Below are positions 16,088-25,115 of a stretch of DNA of 44,065 nt, in pieces (the stretch's first letter is position 1; each line of letters starts with the position of its first letter). Source of the DNA: Candidatus Eiseniibacteriota bacterium. GTDB lineage: Bacteria; Eisenbacteria; RBG-16-71-46; CAZEPH01. The translations under genes were made by a program, and so were the position numbers. The stretch covers positions 1-44,065 of the forward strand of contig JBGATO010000031.1 of assembly GCA_044229145.1 (NCBI GenBank), in the 5' to 3' direction. The notes beneath the pieces were generated by a model that saw only the letters and a list, made by a program, of their open reading frames with translations, was not told where the DNA came from and did not search any database.

Positions 16088-18643
16088 ATGCACGTTGCCC
16101 GAGTGAGAGCGCGGCGCTTCGCCACCTGTCTGCTCGCCGTCTTCGCCGTCGCCGCCGCATCGCGCGCGGGCGCGGCGCCGTCGGTGCGCGATTTCACCGA
16201 CGCGCGCGGGCGGCTCGACGTGGCGGCCTTGCGCGCCTCCGGCTACGAAGGTCCGCTCGATCTGCGGGGCGCCCGCGTGCATCTGGCGCCCGGCGATGGC
16301 GCGCCGCTCATCGCCGCGGTGGGCGACAGCGAGTGGTCGCGCGACTTCGGTGGCGACGGCATGAGCGACGGCGCGCTCACCGGCAGCGGCAGCGACACCT
16401 ATTCGCCCGTCTACGGCATGAGCGAGTGGAACGGCGACTTGCTGGTGGGCGGCGACTTCCTCCATGCCGGCGGCCTGTGCGTCGGACGTCTCGGCCGCTG
16501 GGACGGCGCCGCCTGGAGCGATTTCGGGGCGAACGCCGACAGCTTGATCCACGACCTCGCGGTCTACCACGGCACGTTGATCGCCGCCGGCGCCTTCCTG
16601 CACATCGGCGGCGTGGCCGCCACCCGCATCGCCGCGTGGGACGGCGTGCGCTGGACGCCGCTCGGCAGCGGCCTCAACGCCCCCGACAACGGCCTCTACG
16701 TGTGGAACGATCAGCTCATCGTCCACGGGCACTTCACCACCGCCGGCGGGCTGTCGTGCGGACACATCGCGGCGTGGAACGGCAGCGCGTGGTCGACGCT
16801 CGGCGTCGGGTGCGACGACAACGTGGTCGATGTGGTCGAGTGGAACGGCGGACTGGTGGCGGGCGGACGCTTCTCGACCGCCGGCAGCGTGTCGGCGTCG
16901 CGGCTGGCGGTGTGGAACGGCACGACCTGGGCGCAACTCGCGGGCGGCATCAACGGCTACGCGGTGATCGACCTCACCGTCTATCACAACGAGTTGTACG
17001 TCGGCGGACAATTCGTGGCGGCGGGCGGTGTCTCGGCCCGCAACATCGCGCGGTGGAACGGCACGCGCTGGGCGACATGCGGCAACGGCCTCAACGACAA
17101 GCCGGAGACCAGCGTGGTGTTCCAGGACCGCCTGATCGTCGGCGGCGACTTCACGCAAGCGGGCACCATCGCCGCGGCGCACATCGCGGCATGGAACGGC
17201 ACCGCGTGGGATTCGCTCGGCGCCGGCTGCAATGCGCAGGTCCACATCCTCGACGTGCATGACTCGGTGCTGGTGGCGGCGGGCGATTTCAGCGCGGCGG
17301 GCGGCCACCCGGCGAGTCGCATCGCGACCTACGACGGTGCCACGTGGGCGCCGCTGGCGGGGCACGGTCTCAACGGCCAGGTGTTGGCGCTCGCGACGTC
17401 CGGCGGGCAGGTGGTGGCGGGCGGATGGTTCACCGAAGCGAGCGCCGAGTCGATCTCCTTCGTCGCACGGTGGGACGGCGCGCGGTGGACGGCGATGGGC
17501 GCCGGGCTCAACGGGCCGGTGTTCGCGCTGTCGACGTACGGTTCGCAGTTGATCGCCGGGGGAGCGTTCACGGCATCCGGCGCGACGCCGGCCAATCACA
17601 TCGCGGCGTGGGACGGCTCCGCGTGGCGGCCGCTCGGCAAGGGGGCGGACAGCCTGGTGACGGCGCTTGCGCCATGGAACGCATCGCTGGTGGCCGGCGG
17701 CGCCTTCACGCACGCCGGCACCATCGCGGCGAATCGCGTGGCCTCGTGGAACGGCGTGACGTGGGCGCCGCTGGGCGCCGGCTTCGACAGCACGGTGGCC
17801 GCGGTCACGGTGTGGAACGACACGGTGTACGCCGGCGGCTCATTCGTCCACAGCGGCATGGACTCGGTAGCCCACGTGGCGCGTTGGGATGGCGCGGTGT
17901 GGAGCGCGGTGGGAGGCGGCACCGACGGACGCGTGTTGGCGCTCCTGCCGTTCGGCGACACGCTGGTAGTCGGCGGCGACTTCACCACCGCCGGCGACTC
18001 GACCGCGACGCGCATCGCCCGCTGGGACGGCACGACGTGGCATCCGCTCCCCGGCCCCAACGGCAGCGCGCTCGCGCTCACCACCATGAACGGCTTCCTG
18101 GTGATGGGCGGCGCCTTCACGCAGGTCGGCGGCCTGCCGCTGCGCGGCGTCTGCTGGTGGGACGGCGGGCGCTGGAACACCTTCGGCAGCGGCGTCGCGG
18201 GCTTGTGCGGCGCCTCCCCCGCGGCGGTCGGCGCACTGCTCGATGACGCGGATTCGTCGCTGTGGGTCGGCGGCTCGTTCGGGTCCACCGGCGGGTTCGC
18301 GGCGGCCAACGTCGGGCGATGGGATCGCATCTTGGCGACGCCGGTGGCCGAGCCGGCGAAAGCACCGCGCGGCGGGTTGGCGCTGCGCGTGCTGTCGGAG
18401 TCGCCCGGCGCGGTCGCGGTGTCGTTCGTGCTGCCGCGGCCCGGCAGCGCGCGGCTCGAGGCGTTCGACGTAGTGGGCAGGCGCGTGGGTGATCCGCTGG
18501 TGTGGTTCGCGCCGGCGGGCGCCGGGCACGTGCGATGGACGCCGCGCACAGGTGCCGGCGCGCCGGTCGCGGCGGGCGTGTATTGGCTGCGGCTGCGCGC
18601 GGGCGGGCGCGAGGATGTCGCCCGCGCGTTGCGGATCGACTAG
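16088..18643 (+). CDS. Secreted beta-propeller repeat protein (about 14 blades of about 49 aa) with CTD-like C-terminus
   Basis: Signal peptide; 13 complete (W/Y)(D/N)GxxW repeats plus a terminal partial one; C-terminal AFDVVGRRV...WTPRTGAGAPVAAGVYWLRL. Confidence 0.85.
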   Translation: MHVARVRARRFATCLLAVFAVAAASRAGAAPSVRDFTDARGRLDVAALRASGYEGPLDLRGARVHLAPGDGAPLIAAVGDSEWSRDFGGDGMSDGALTGSGSDTYSPVYGMSEWNGDLLVGGDFLHAGGLCVGRLGRWDGAAWSDFGANADSLIHDLAVYHGTLIAAGAFLHIGGVAATRIAAWDGVRWTPLGSGLNAPDNGLYVWNDQLIVHGHFTTAGGLSCGHIAAWNGSAWSTLGVGCDDNVVDVVEWNGGLVAGGRFSTAGSVSASRLAVWNGTTWAQLAGGINGYAVIDLTVYHNELYVGGQFVAAGGVSARNIARWNGTRWATCGNGLNDKPETSVVFQDRLIVGGDFTQAGTIAAAHIAAWNGTAWDSLGAGCNAQVHILDVHDSVLVAAGDFSAAGGHPASRIATYDGATWAPLAGHGLNGQVLALATSGGQVVAGGWFTEASAESISFVARWDGARWTAMGAGLNGPVFALSTYGSQLIAGGAFTASGATPANHIAAWDGSAWRPLGKGADSLVTALAPWNASLVAGGAFTHAGTIAANRVASWNGVTWAPLGAGFDSTVAAVTVWNDTVYAGGSFVHSGMDSVAHVARWDGAVWSAVGGGTDGRVLALLPFGDTLVVGGDFTTAGDSTATRIARWDGTTWHPLPGPNGSALALTTMNGFLVMGGAFTQVGGLPLRGVCWWDGGRWNTFGSGVAGLCGASPAAVGALLDDADSSLWVGGSFGSTGGFAAANVGRWDRILATPVAEPAKAPRGGLALRVLSESPGAVAVSFVLPRPGSARLEAFDVVGRRVGDPLVWFAPAGAGHVRWTPRTGAGAPVAAGVYWLRLRAGGREDVARALRID

Positions 18644-21543
18644 AGCGCGAGGAGGCGCCGGGTGGCGTCGCCGTCGACGCGGAGGAAGTAGAGCCCGGCG
18701 CCGAGACGCGTCGGAGTCACCGGCGCGAGCGTGATGGCACCGGCATCGCGCGGAGACGCAGCGTAGCGCGCCACCTCGCGACCGCGTGCATCGAACAGCC
18801 GCGCCCGCACCGCACCGCGACGCGCCAGCGTCAGCGCGAGCACGGCATCGCCGCGCCGGAGTGCGGCGCGTGCGAGGAGCGGCTGCGACAGCGGCCGCGG
18901 CGCCGGTGCCGCCGTCGGATGCAGCGCCAACCCGACGCGCACGCTGGCGATCTCGTACGGCGCGAGCGTCACGCTCACCGCGCCCCCGCTCACCGTCAAC
19001 GGCGTCGTCGCGCTCTCGACGAAGTTGGTGCGCTCGGCGCTCGTCACCATGAGCGCATCGCCCGCCAGCGTCGTGGTGGCCGGCGCGTTCGTCGTGTTGG
19101 CGAGCCGCGCGATGAAGAATCCCGGCGTGACATCCGACGGACGCAACACGCTGAGTTGCACGTCCGGTGACGTCGAGGACAACAGCCGCGACGCGACGCC
19201 TGGCAGTGCGCCGCCCTGCGGTGCCTCGAGAGCCACGGCGCGCAACGGCGTCGCGGTCTCCCACCCGAAGCGCGACGACGCGCCCGCGTCGAAGCCGGAG
19301 GCATGCGGCGCCAGCGCGAACGAGAACGTCACCTGCGGACTCTGGCCCGGCTCGACCTCGAGCGCCCCGATGCTGCCGCCCTTGTACTTCGCCTCGTCTT
19401 CCTTCTTGAGCAGGCGGCCGAGCAGCCGCGCCGTGCCCGGCGCGAAGGTCTGCCCGAAGTTGTTCACCTGGTTCCACTCCCACAACATGATGTCGGGCGA
19501 TGCCCAGCGCACGCCGTACGCGCCTTCGTTCATCTCGCCGCCGTGGTGCGTGATGAAGTACGGGATCTGCACGCCCGGCAAGTTGTCGCTCACCGGCACG
19601 CCGGGGCGGCCCTGCCAGTCGACGTACGCGGTGTACGAGCCGAGCGCCAGCGGCAGCGGAATGTCGTAGAAGTCGAAGCCGAGATCGTAGGTCGCGGTGC
19701 GCATCGCGCTGCGGTCGATGGTGTCGGTGATGCGCAGCGACGGCACGCCGTCGAAGAGCGTGAGAATGGTGCTCGGCATCATCGAGCCGGCGCGCGTGAT
19801 GGTGAGCGTGTGCTCGGGTGCCGCGTCGGTCACCGTGATGGTCGCGGCGCCGAGCGCCATCTCGTTCCACAGCGCGAAGGTCGCCTGCTGGTTCGACGCG
19901 CGGATGAGGCCGTTGAACGCGTAGGGCCGCGCGGCCTCGACGAGTTCGCGTTGCGCGAGCTTGTCGTAGAACGACGTGATGACACCGTTGGTGGCGTCGA
20001 CGGTCACGCGCAACGCGTCGTTCTCGATCGTCGTGCCGGCGCTCGTGGTGGCCACCGGGCCGGCCGGGCCACTGACGCGCTGATACACCGCGTAGCCCAT
20101 CGCCGGCACGTCGCGCGCGACGAAGGCGACTTCGCCGGTGCCCGCGATGCGTTCCAGCACCGGATACTCGTCATGCGCCGGATCGTAGAGCTGCACCGTC
20201 GCCCAGTCGCTGAGCGCGAGGCGCACCGCGCCGGTGCGCGGCCACGAGAGCGTGTTCCACACCAGCACCGACGCGCTCGTCGCCGCGACCTGCGCCGAGA
20301 GTTGCGCGATCGCGTCGTCGCGCATCTTGGCCGACGCGCTATCGGCGCCGAAGCCGTAGCTCATGGCGATCGTGCTGGTGCGCTTCGCCTGCCCCGGCGT
20401 GAAGTAGTTCGGCCATGGCGCGCCGCCGCCGCTGTGTTCATCGAACAGCAGCATCTGCTCGCGCACGTAGCGATCGGTGGAGGCCGGATAGCTCGCGGCA
20501 CCGAGCACGTCCGCGACGCTGGCCAGCGAGTGCGCTTCGCGCGAGGCGTCGTGCGCGTGGCGGGCGGCGAGCAGCGAGTGCGGCGTGTTGAGCGCGCCGC
20601 TGTCCCAGAAGCCGCCCCAATCGCCACGATACACCGGGTGCGCGTCGCCATAGGTGTCGTGCAGGTGCTGGAAGAACTGCTCCGGCGTGGCGACCACGAT
20701 CTTCGGGTTGTCGTACGCCGCGTTCCAATCACGCGCGACCTGCGTCTGCGAGATGCTGGCGCTGCCGTTGTCGCCGGTGGCGGCGAAGACGAGGATCGCG
20801 TCGTACGGATAGCCGTCCGCCTGCCACTCGGCCAACCGCTTGGTCAGCGAGTCGAACGCGGCGGTGGTGTTGTAGAGGCCGTAGAAGAACGTTGCCTCGA
20901 GATAGTTGTGCATGGTCGGCCAGGTGAGGACGCTGTCGCCTTCGGGGCCGACCCAGTAGAACGGATAGTCGCGGCGCGGGAGCGTGGTGCCGCCGGCGAG
21001 GCCGGTGTTGCAGCCGGTGAGCAAGTACTTCACGCCGCTCTGCGCCATCGCGGTCGGATAGCCCCAGGTGAAGCCGGGAACGTCGTCCTGCACGCAGGTG
21101 GTGAGCGGCAGCGACCACGCGCGGCGCAGCGAGTCCGCGTAGGTGAAGAAGCGCGCGGTTTCCTCTGGCGACATCGCGTCGCTGTGCTGGTTCGCGTAGC
21201 CGGCGCACAGATTGATCTGCCCGCGGTGCGCGACGTCGACCAAGTGCTGGATCTGCGTTGGCGTGCTGCGGATCATCCACTGCTCGAGCTGCCAGAGATT
21301 CTCGACGTTCCAGATGTAGTCCGCGTTGGCGTCCGCAAGGTTGAGCGCAGTGTCGATCGTCGTCTTCTCGCTGGCGGCGACGGCGTCCTGCGGCGCGGTG
21401 AAGCCGATGTCGAGGTGCGCCTCCTGGATGAGGTAGATCGTGTGGATGCTCGAGGCGATGCCGGGCTGTGTCGCGTCGGCGGCGGTGGCGCTCAGGGCCG
21501 CGAGGAACGCACAGGTTGCAAAAGGCACGAAGGTGGACCGCAT
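18640..21543 (-). CDS. Secreted GH38-like (alpha-mannosidase-type) glycoside hydrolase with CTD-like C-terminus
   Basis: Signal peptide; IYLIQEAHLDIGFT, DDVPG, PFYWVGPEG, DNG, YRGDWGGFW, FDEHSGG, VWNTLSWPR, FVARDVPAMGY, IENDALRV; C-terminal LFDARGREV...GAGLYFLRV. Confidence 0.75.
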   Translation of the reverse strand: MRSTFVPFATCAFLAALSATAADATQPGIASSIHTIYLIQEAHLDIGFTAPQDAVAASEKTTIDTALNLADANADYIWNVENLWQLEQWMIRSTPTQIQHLVDVAHRGQINLCAGYANQHSDAMSPEETARFFTYADSLRRAWSLPLTTCVQDDVPGFTWGYPTAMAQSGVKYLLTGCNTGLAGGTTLPRRDYPFYWVGPEGDSVLTWPTMHNYLEATFFYGLYNTTAAFDSLTKRLAEWQADGYPYDAILVFAATGDNGSASISQTQVARDWNAAYDNPKIVVATPEQFFQHLHDTYGDAHPVYRGDWGGFWDSGALNTPHSLLAARHAHDASREAHSLASVADVLGAASYPASTDRYVREQMLLFDEHSGGGAPWPNYFTPGQAKRTSTIAMSYGFGADSASAKMRDDAIAQLSAQVAATSASVLVWNTLSWPRTGAVRLALSDWATVQLYDPAHDEYPVLERIAGTGEVAFVARDVPAMGYAVYQRVSGPAGPVATTSAGTTIENDALRVTVDATNGVITSFYDKLAQRELVEAARPYAFNGLIRASNQQATFALWNEMALGAATITVTDAAPEHTLTITRAGSMMPSTILTLFDGVPSLRITDTIDRSAMRTATYDLGFDFYDIPLPLALGSYTAYVDWQGRPGVPVSDNLPGVQIPYFITHHGGEMNEGAYGVRWASPDIMLWEWNQVNNFGQTFAPGTARLLGRLLKKEDEAKYKGGSIGALEVEPGQSPQVTFSFALAPHASGFDAGASSRFGWETATPLRAVALEAPQGGALPGVASRLLSSTSPDVQLSVLRPSDVTPGFFIARLANTTNAPATTTLAGDALMVTSAERTNFVESATTPLTVSGGAVSVTLAPYEIASVRVGLALHPTAAPAPRPLSQPLLARAALRRGDAVLALTLARRGAVRARLFDARGREVARYAASPRDAGAITLAPVTPTRLGAGLYFLRVDGDATRRLLAL

Positions 21544-21684
21544 GTGGTTCTCCGGATCGTCTGGTCGCGTCGTCTGGTGTCTATGATATCGGGCGCCGGC
21601 CCGCGCCGTCACCTGGCTCGCGCAGGGCGGTCCGGGCGGCGCGGCGGCTGCCCCAGGCGGCAGCGCGACACCTTCGCCGCTGTT

Positions 21685-21693
21685 TGGTAAACT
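21685..21693 (+). promoter_or_regulatory. Extended -10 element of a probable leaderless transcript
   Basis: TGgTAAACT ends exactly 7 nt before ATG 21701; no SD present. Confidence 0.55.
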
Positions 21694-21700
21694 GCGCGAC

Positions 21701-22042
21701 ATGGACTGTCTCTTCTGCAAGATCGTGGCGGGCGAGATCCCCTCGACCCGCGTCTACGAGGACGACCGCGCGGTGGCCTTCCGCGACATCCAGCCGCAGG
21801 CGCCGACACACGTCTTGGTGGTGCCGCGGCGCCACATCGCCTCGGTGGCGGAGTTGACCGACGCCGACGCGGAACTCGCCGGGCATTTGCTCGTGGTGGC
21901 GGCGGAAGTGGCTCGCGCGGACGGCCGCGCCGAGTCCGGCTTCCGCATCGTCAGCAACAGCGGCCGCGAAGGCGGACAGTCGGTGGCGCACCTGCACGTG
22001 CATGTGCTTGGCGGACGGCAACTCAGCGGGCAGATGGGGTAA
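21701..22042 (+). CDS. hinT: Histidine triad (HIT/HinT) nucleotide-binding protein
   Basis: DCLFCKIVAGEIPS, AFRDIQPQAPTHVLVVP, GQSVAHLHVHVLGGR. Confidence 0.95.
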   Translation: MDCLFCKIVAGEIPSTRVYEDDRAVAFRDIQPQAPTHVLVVPRRHIASVAELTDADAELAGHLLVVAAEVARADGRAESGFRIVSNSGREGGQSVAHLHVHVLGGRQLSGQMG

Positions 22043-22117
22043 CGGCGGGCCCGTGGCCGCACGCCCGCCTCGCAGACAGTCGCCCACCGCCGCCGCCACT
22101 CTGCTATCGTGCGCGGT

Positions 22118-23230
22118 ATGACCTCTCACTCCCCGACCCGGCCGATGGCGCCTGCCGCGCCGGCTCATATCAGCTTCGCCAAGGACGCGGCGTTCCAGGC
22201 CCGTCTGAAGCAGCAAGTCGACGCCTTCTTCGCCGAGACCGGCAAGCGCCGCCGCGACGTGCCGGCGATGTACGTCAAGACGGCGATCGTGCTCGGCACC
22301 TTCTTCACCGTGTATGCGCTGCTGGTGTTCGCCGCGCACACCTGGTGGCAGAGCGTGCCGCTGGTGATCGCGCTCGGCTTCGCGACCGCGGCGATCGGCC
22401 TCAACATCCAGCACGACGGCGGACACCAAGCCTACAGCGACCGCGCCTGGGTCAACGACCTGATGGCGCGCACCATGGACGTCATCGGCGCGAGTTCGTA
22501 TTTCTGGCGCAGCAAGCACGGCATCCTGCACCACACCTACGTCAACATCACCGGCCAGGACGACGACATCAACGTCGGCCCGCTCGCGCGCCTCACGCCG
22601 CACCAGCGCTTCCACCGCTTCCACCGCCTGCAGCACATCTACATGTGGGGGCTGTACGCGTTCATGGCGATGCGCTGGCAGCTGTTCAGCGACTTCCGCT
22701 CGGCGATCATCGGCAAGATCGGCGCGCACCGCGTGGCGCGGCCGACGCGCCGCGACGCGCTCGGCTTCTGGGGCGGCAAGGCGGTCTTCGTGGCGCTCGC
22801 GTTCGTGATCCCGATGCTGCGGCATCCGTGGTGGCAGGTGCTGCTGTTCTACACGGTGGCGGCAGGCATCGTCGGCATCGTGCTCAGCATTGTGTTCCAA
22901 CTCGCGCACTGCGTCGAAGAGGCGCAGTTCCCGATGCCCGATGCGGCGACCGGGACGATGGCGCGCCCGTGGGCTGTCCACCAGGCGATGTCGACGGTGG
23001 ACTTCGCGCGCCACAACCGCGTGCTGACGTGGTGCCTCGGCGGCCTCAACTTCCAGATCGAACACCACCTGTTCCCGCGCGTCTGCCACATCCACTATCC
23101 AGCGCTCTCGCGCGTGGTCAAGGCGACGTGCGACGAGTTCGGCGTGCCCTACGCCGAGCACCCGACGTTCCGCGCCGGCATCGCCTCGCACGCGCGGTGG
23201 TTGAAGCGGATGGGGCGGCGGGAGGCGTAG
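22118..23230 (+). CDS. Membrane fatty acid (acyl-CoA) desaturase
   Basis: Three His boxes (QHDGGH, KHGILHH, QIEHH), FQLAHCV, GGLNFQIEHHLFP, and hydrophobic segments. ATG 22118 lies 7 nt after TGcTATCGT. Confidence 0.93.
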   Translation: MTSHSPTRPMAPAAPAHISFAKDAAFQARLKQQVDAFFAETGKRRRDVPAMYVKTAIVLGTFFTVYALLVFAAHTWWQSVPLVIALGFATAAIGLNIQHDGGHQAYSDRAWVNDLMARTMDVIGASSYFWRSKHGILHHTYVNITGQDDDINVGPLARLTPHQRFHRFHRLQHIYMWGLYAFMAMRWQLFSDFRSAIIGKIGAHRVARPTRRDALGFWGGKAVFVALAFVIPMLRHPWWQVLLFYTVAAGIVGIVLSIVFQLAHCVEEAQFPMPDAATGTMARPWAVHQAMSTVDFARHNRVLTWCLGGLNFQIEHHLFPRVCHIHYPALSRVVKATCDEFGVPYAEHPTFRAGIASHARWLKRMGRREA

Positions 23231-23418
23231 TAGAAAACGCACTCCTCGGCGGGGCAATCGAGCATCGTCAGCGGGATGTTGCGTCAGGCGAGTGGAAGTA
23301 CTTGGTTCGCGGCCATGCGCTGGATGGCCAGTTTCTGACGGCTGTCACGAAGTTCGGACCGAATGGAAAGATCGTGATCATCACGGTTTTCGCGGGGACC
23401 GTGGGGAGGAAAGCATGA
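23227..23418 (+). pseudogene. 5'-truncated DUF4258-like (putative toxin) fragment
   Basis: VVENALLGGAIEHRQRDVASGEWKYLVRGHALDGQFLTAVTKFGPNGKIVIITVF resembles the C-terminal two-thirds of DUF4258 proteins. It has no start of its own after the desaturase stop, and its stop overlaps the zinc-finger gene start (ATGA). Confidence 0.6.
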
Positions 23419-23642
23419 CCTGTGACATCTGTGGCAAGAAGGGCGCGCGCATCCGCCGGGTCACTCGCAGCTACGGAACGGGACCGACGCTTCTGGTAAT
23501 CGAAAATGTCCCGTTGGTGAGTTGTCCGCAGTGTGGCGAGAGTTATTTCACCGCCGAGACGCTTCACGAGCTGGAGCGCATCCAATTGCATCGGAAGACG
23601 TTCGCGTCACGTCGGCCGGTGTCTGTCGCGGCGTTCGTCTAG
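23415..23642 (+). CDS. YgiT-type zinc-finger protein (MqsA-like N-terminal domain, no HTH)
   Basis: MTCDICG...LLVIENVPLVSCPQCGESYF; GGAGG upstream. Confidence 0.88.
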   Translation: MTCDICGKKGARIRRVTRSYGTGPTLLVIENVPLVSCPQCGESYFTAETLHELERIQLHRKTFASRRPVSVAAFV

Positions 23643-23682
23643 GTCGACAGCCTGGTGTAGCGTCCCGGCGCGGAGATGACGC

Positions 23683-23985
23683 ATGAAGATGTACATCCTC
23701 GTGCGCGAATCGGTGCCGCAAGGGTTCGCGATGCTCGCCGCGGCGCATGCCTCGCTTGCGTGCTATCTGCGCTTTCGCGACACGCCGGAGATCGCCACGT
23801 GGCTCTCCGGTCCGTTCTACAAAGTCGTCTGCCGCGTGAGCGATGCGGAGTTCGAAGCGGCGAAGGAGTTCGACGATCACGTCGTGCTGACTGAGTCCGC
23901 GCTCGACGGCGCGGAGGTCGCACTCGCGTTCAAGCCGCGCGAGGAGTTTCCGAAGGCGTTTCGCTTCTACCGGCTGTACCGATAG
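23683..23985 (+). CDS. PTH2-fold peptidyl-tRNA hydrolase-like protein
   Basis: KMYILVR...AAAHASLA...W...KVVCRV...VALAFKPR pattern of the PTH2 superfamily. Confidence 0.7.
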   Translation: MKMYILVRESVPQGFAMLAAAHASLACYLRFRDTPEIATWLSGPFYKVVCRVSDAEFEAAKEFDDHVVLTESALDGAEVALAFKPREEFPKAFRFYRLYR

Positions 23986-23991
23986 CGCCCG

Positions 23992-25020
23992 CTACGCCTT
24001 CCCCTGCACGAACGCCTCCGCCATCGCGACATCCTCGACGCTCCCGATGAACAACGGCGTCCGCATGTGGAGCGACGTCGGCTGCAAGTCGAGAATCCGC
24101 TGGTGCCCATTCGTCGCCGCGCCGCCCGCTTGCTCGGCGAGGAAGGCCATCGGCGCGGCTTCGTAGAGATAGCGCAACTTGCCCGACGGATTCTTGCGGT
24201 CGCCGGGATAGAGGAAGATGCCGCCCTTCATCAACGTGCGGTGGAAGTCGGCGACCATGGTGCCGACGTAGCGGTGCGCGTACGGCCGCTCGGTCGACGG
24301 ATCTTCCTGCTTGCACCAGTCGACGTAGCGGCGCACGCCGTCATCCCAACCCAACGCGTTGCCCTCGTTGACGGCGTAGATGCGGCCCTTGGCCGGCATG
24401 CGGACGCTTTCGTGGATCATGAGGAACTCGCCGAGCGTCGGGTCGTAGACGAACTCGTGCACGCCGTGGCCGGTCGAGTACACGAGCACGGTCGACGAGC
24501 CGTACATGACATAGCCGGCGCACACCTGATTGCGGCCCGGCTGCAAGCAGTCTTCCTCGGTGGGCGGGCCGCCGTCCATGACGCGTGGGAGGATCGAGAA
24601 GATCGTCCCGATCGACACGCCGGTGTCGATGTTCGACGAACCGTCGAGCGGATCGAAGTTCACGACGTACTTGCCCATCGGGTAGTTCTCGGGCACCGGC
24701 AGGATGCCTTCGCTCTCCTCGCTCGCCACCGCGCAGAGTTGGCCGGTGTGGTCGAGCATCTCCCACATCGTCTGGTGCGCGAACACGTCGAGCTTCTGCT
24801 GCGTGTCGCCGGTGGCGTTCTGCACGTCGCCGGCACTGCCCTTGATGTCGACGATGCCGGCGCGCGACACCTCGCGGTAGATCAACTTCGCGGCGAGTCC
24901 GATCTGTTCGAGCAGCGCCGAGAACTCGCCGGTGGCGCTCGGGTGCATGCGCTCCATGTCGAGGATGTGGCGCGACAGCGTCACCAGCTTCGCGTTCGAC
25001 GACGGCTGCTCGAGGATCAT
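23992..25020 (-). CDS. fbp: Fructose-1,6-bisphosphatase class 1
   Basis: GDTQQKLDV, ASEE, FDPLDGSSNID, GTIFSI, AGYVMYGSST, RYVGTMVADFHRTL, GKLRYLYEAAPMAF. ATG 25020 with AGGAG. Confidence 0.96.
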   Translation of the reverse strand: MILEQPSSNAKLVTLSRHILDMERMHPSATGEFSALLEQIGLAAKLIYREVSRAGIVDIKGSAGDVQNATGDTQQKLDVFAHQTMWEMLDHTGQLCAVASEESEGILPVPENYPMGKYVVNFDPLDGSSNIDTGVSIGTIFSILPRVMDGGPPTEEDCLQPGRNQVCAGYVMYGSSTVLVYSTGHGVHEFVYDPTLGEFLMIHESVRMPAKGRIYAVNEGNALGWDDGVRRYVDWCKQEDPSTERPYAHRYVGTMVADFHRTLMKGGIFLYPGDRKNPSGKLRYLYEAAPMAFLAEQAGGAATNGHQRILDLQPTSLHMRTPLFIGSVEDVAMAEAFVQGKA

Positions 25021-25070
25021 CGGAGATCTCCTGCTCGCGAGAGGGCGCGGCGCGGCGCCGCGTGCAACGA

Positions 25071-25104
25071 CTCCGCGGTGCGTTCCGGAGAGCGCACCGC
25101 GGAG
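25071..25104. other. Intercistronic hairpin
   Basis: 12-bp stem CTCCGCGGTGCG / CGCACCGCGGAG between the aldolase stop and the fbp start. Confidence 0.5.
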
Positions 25105-25115
25105 GGCGAAGGCGT

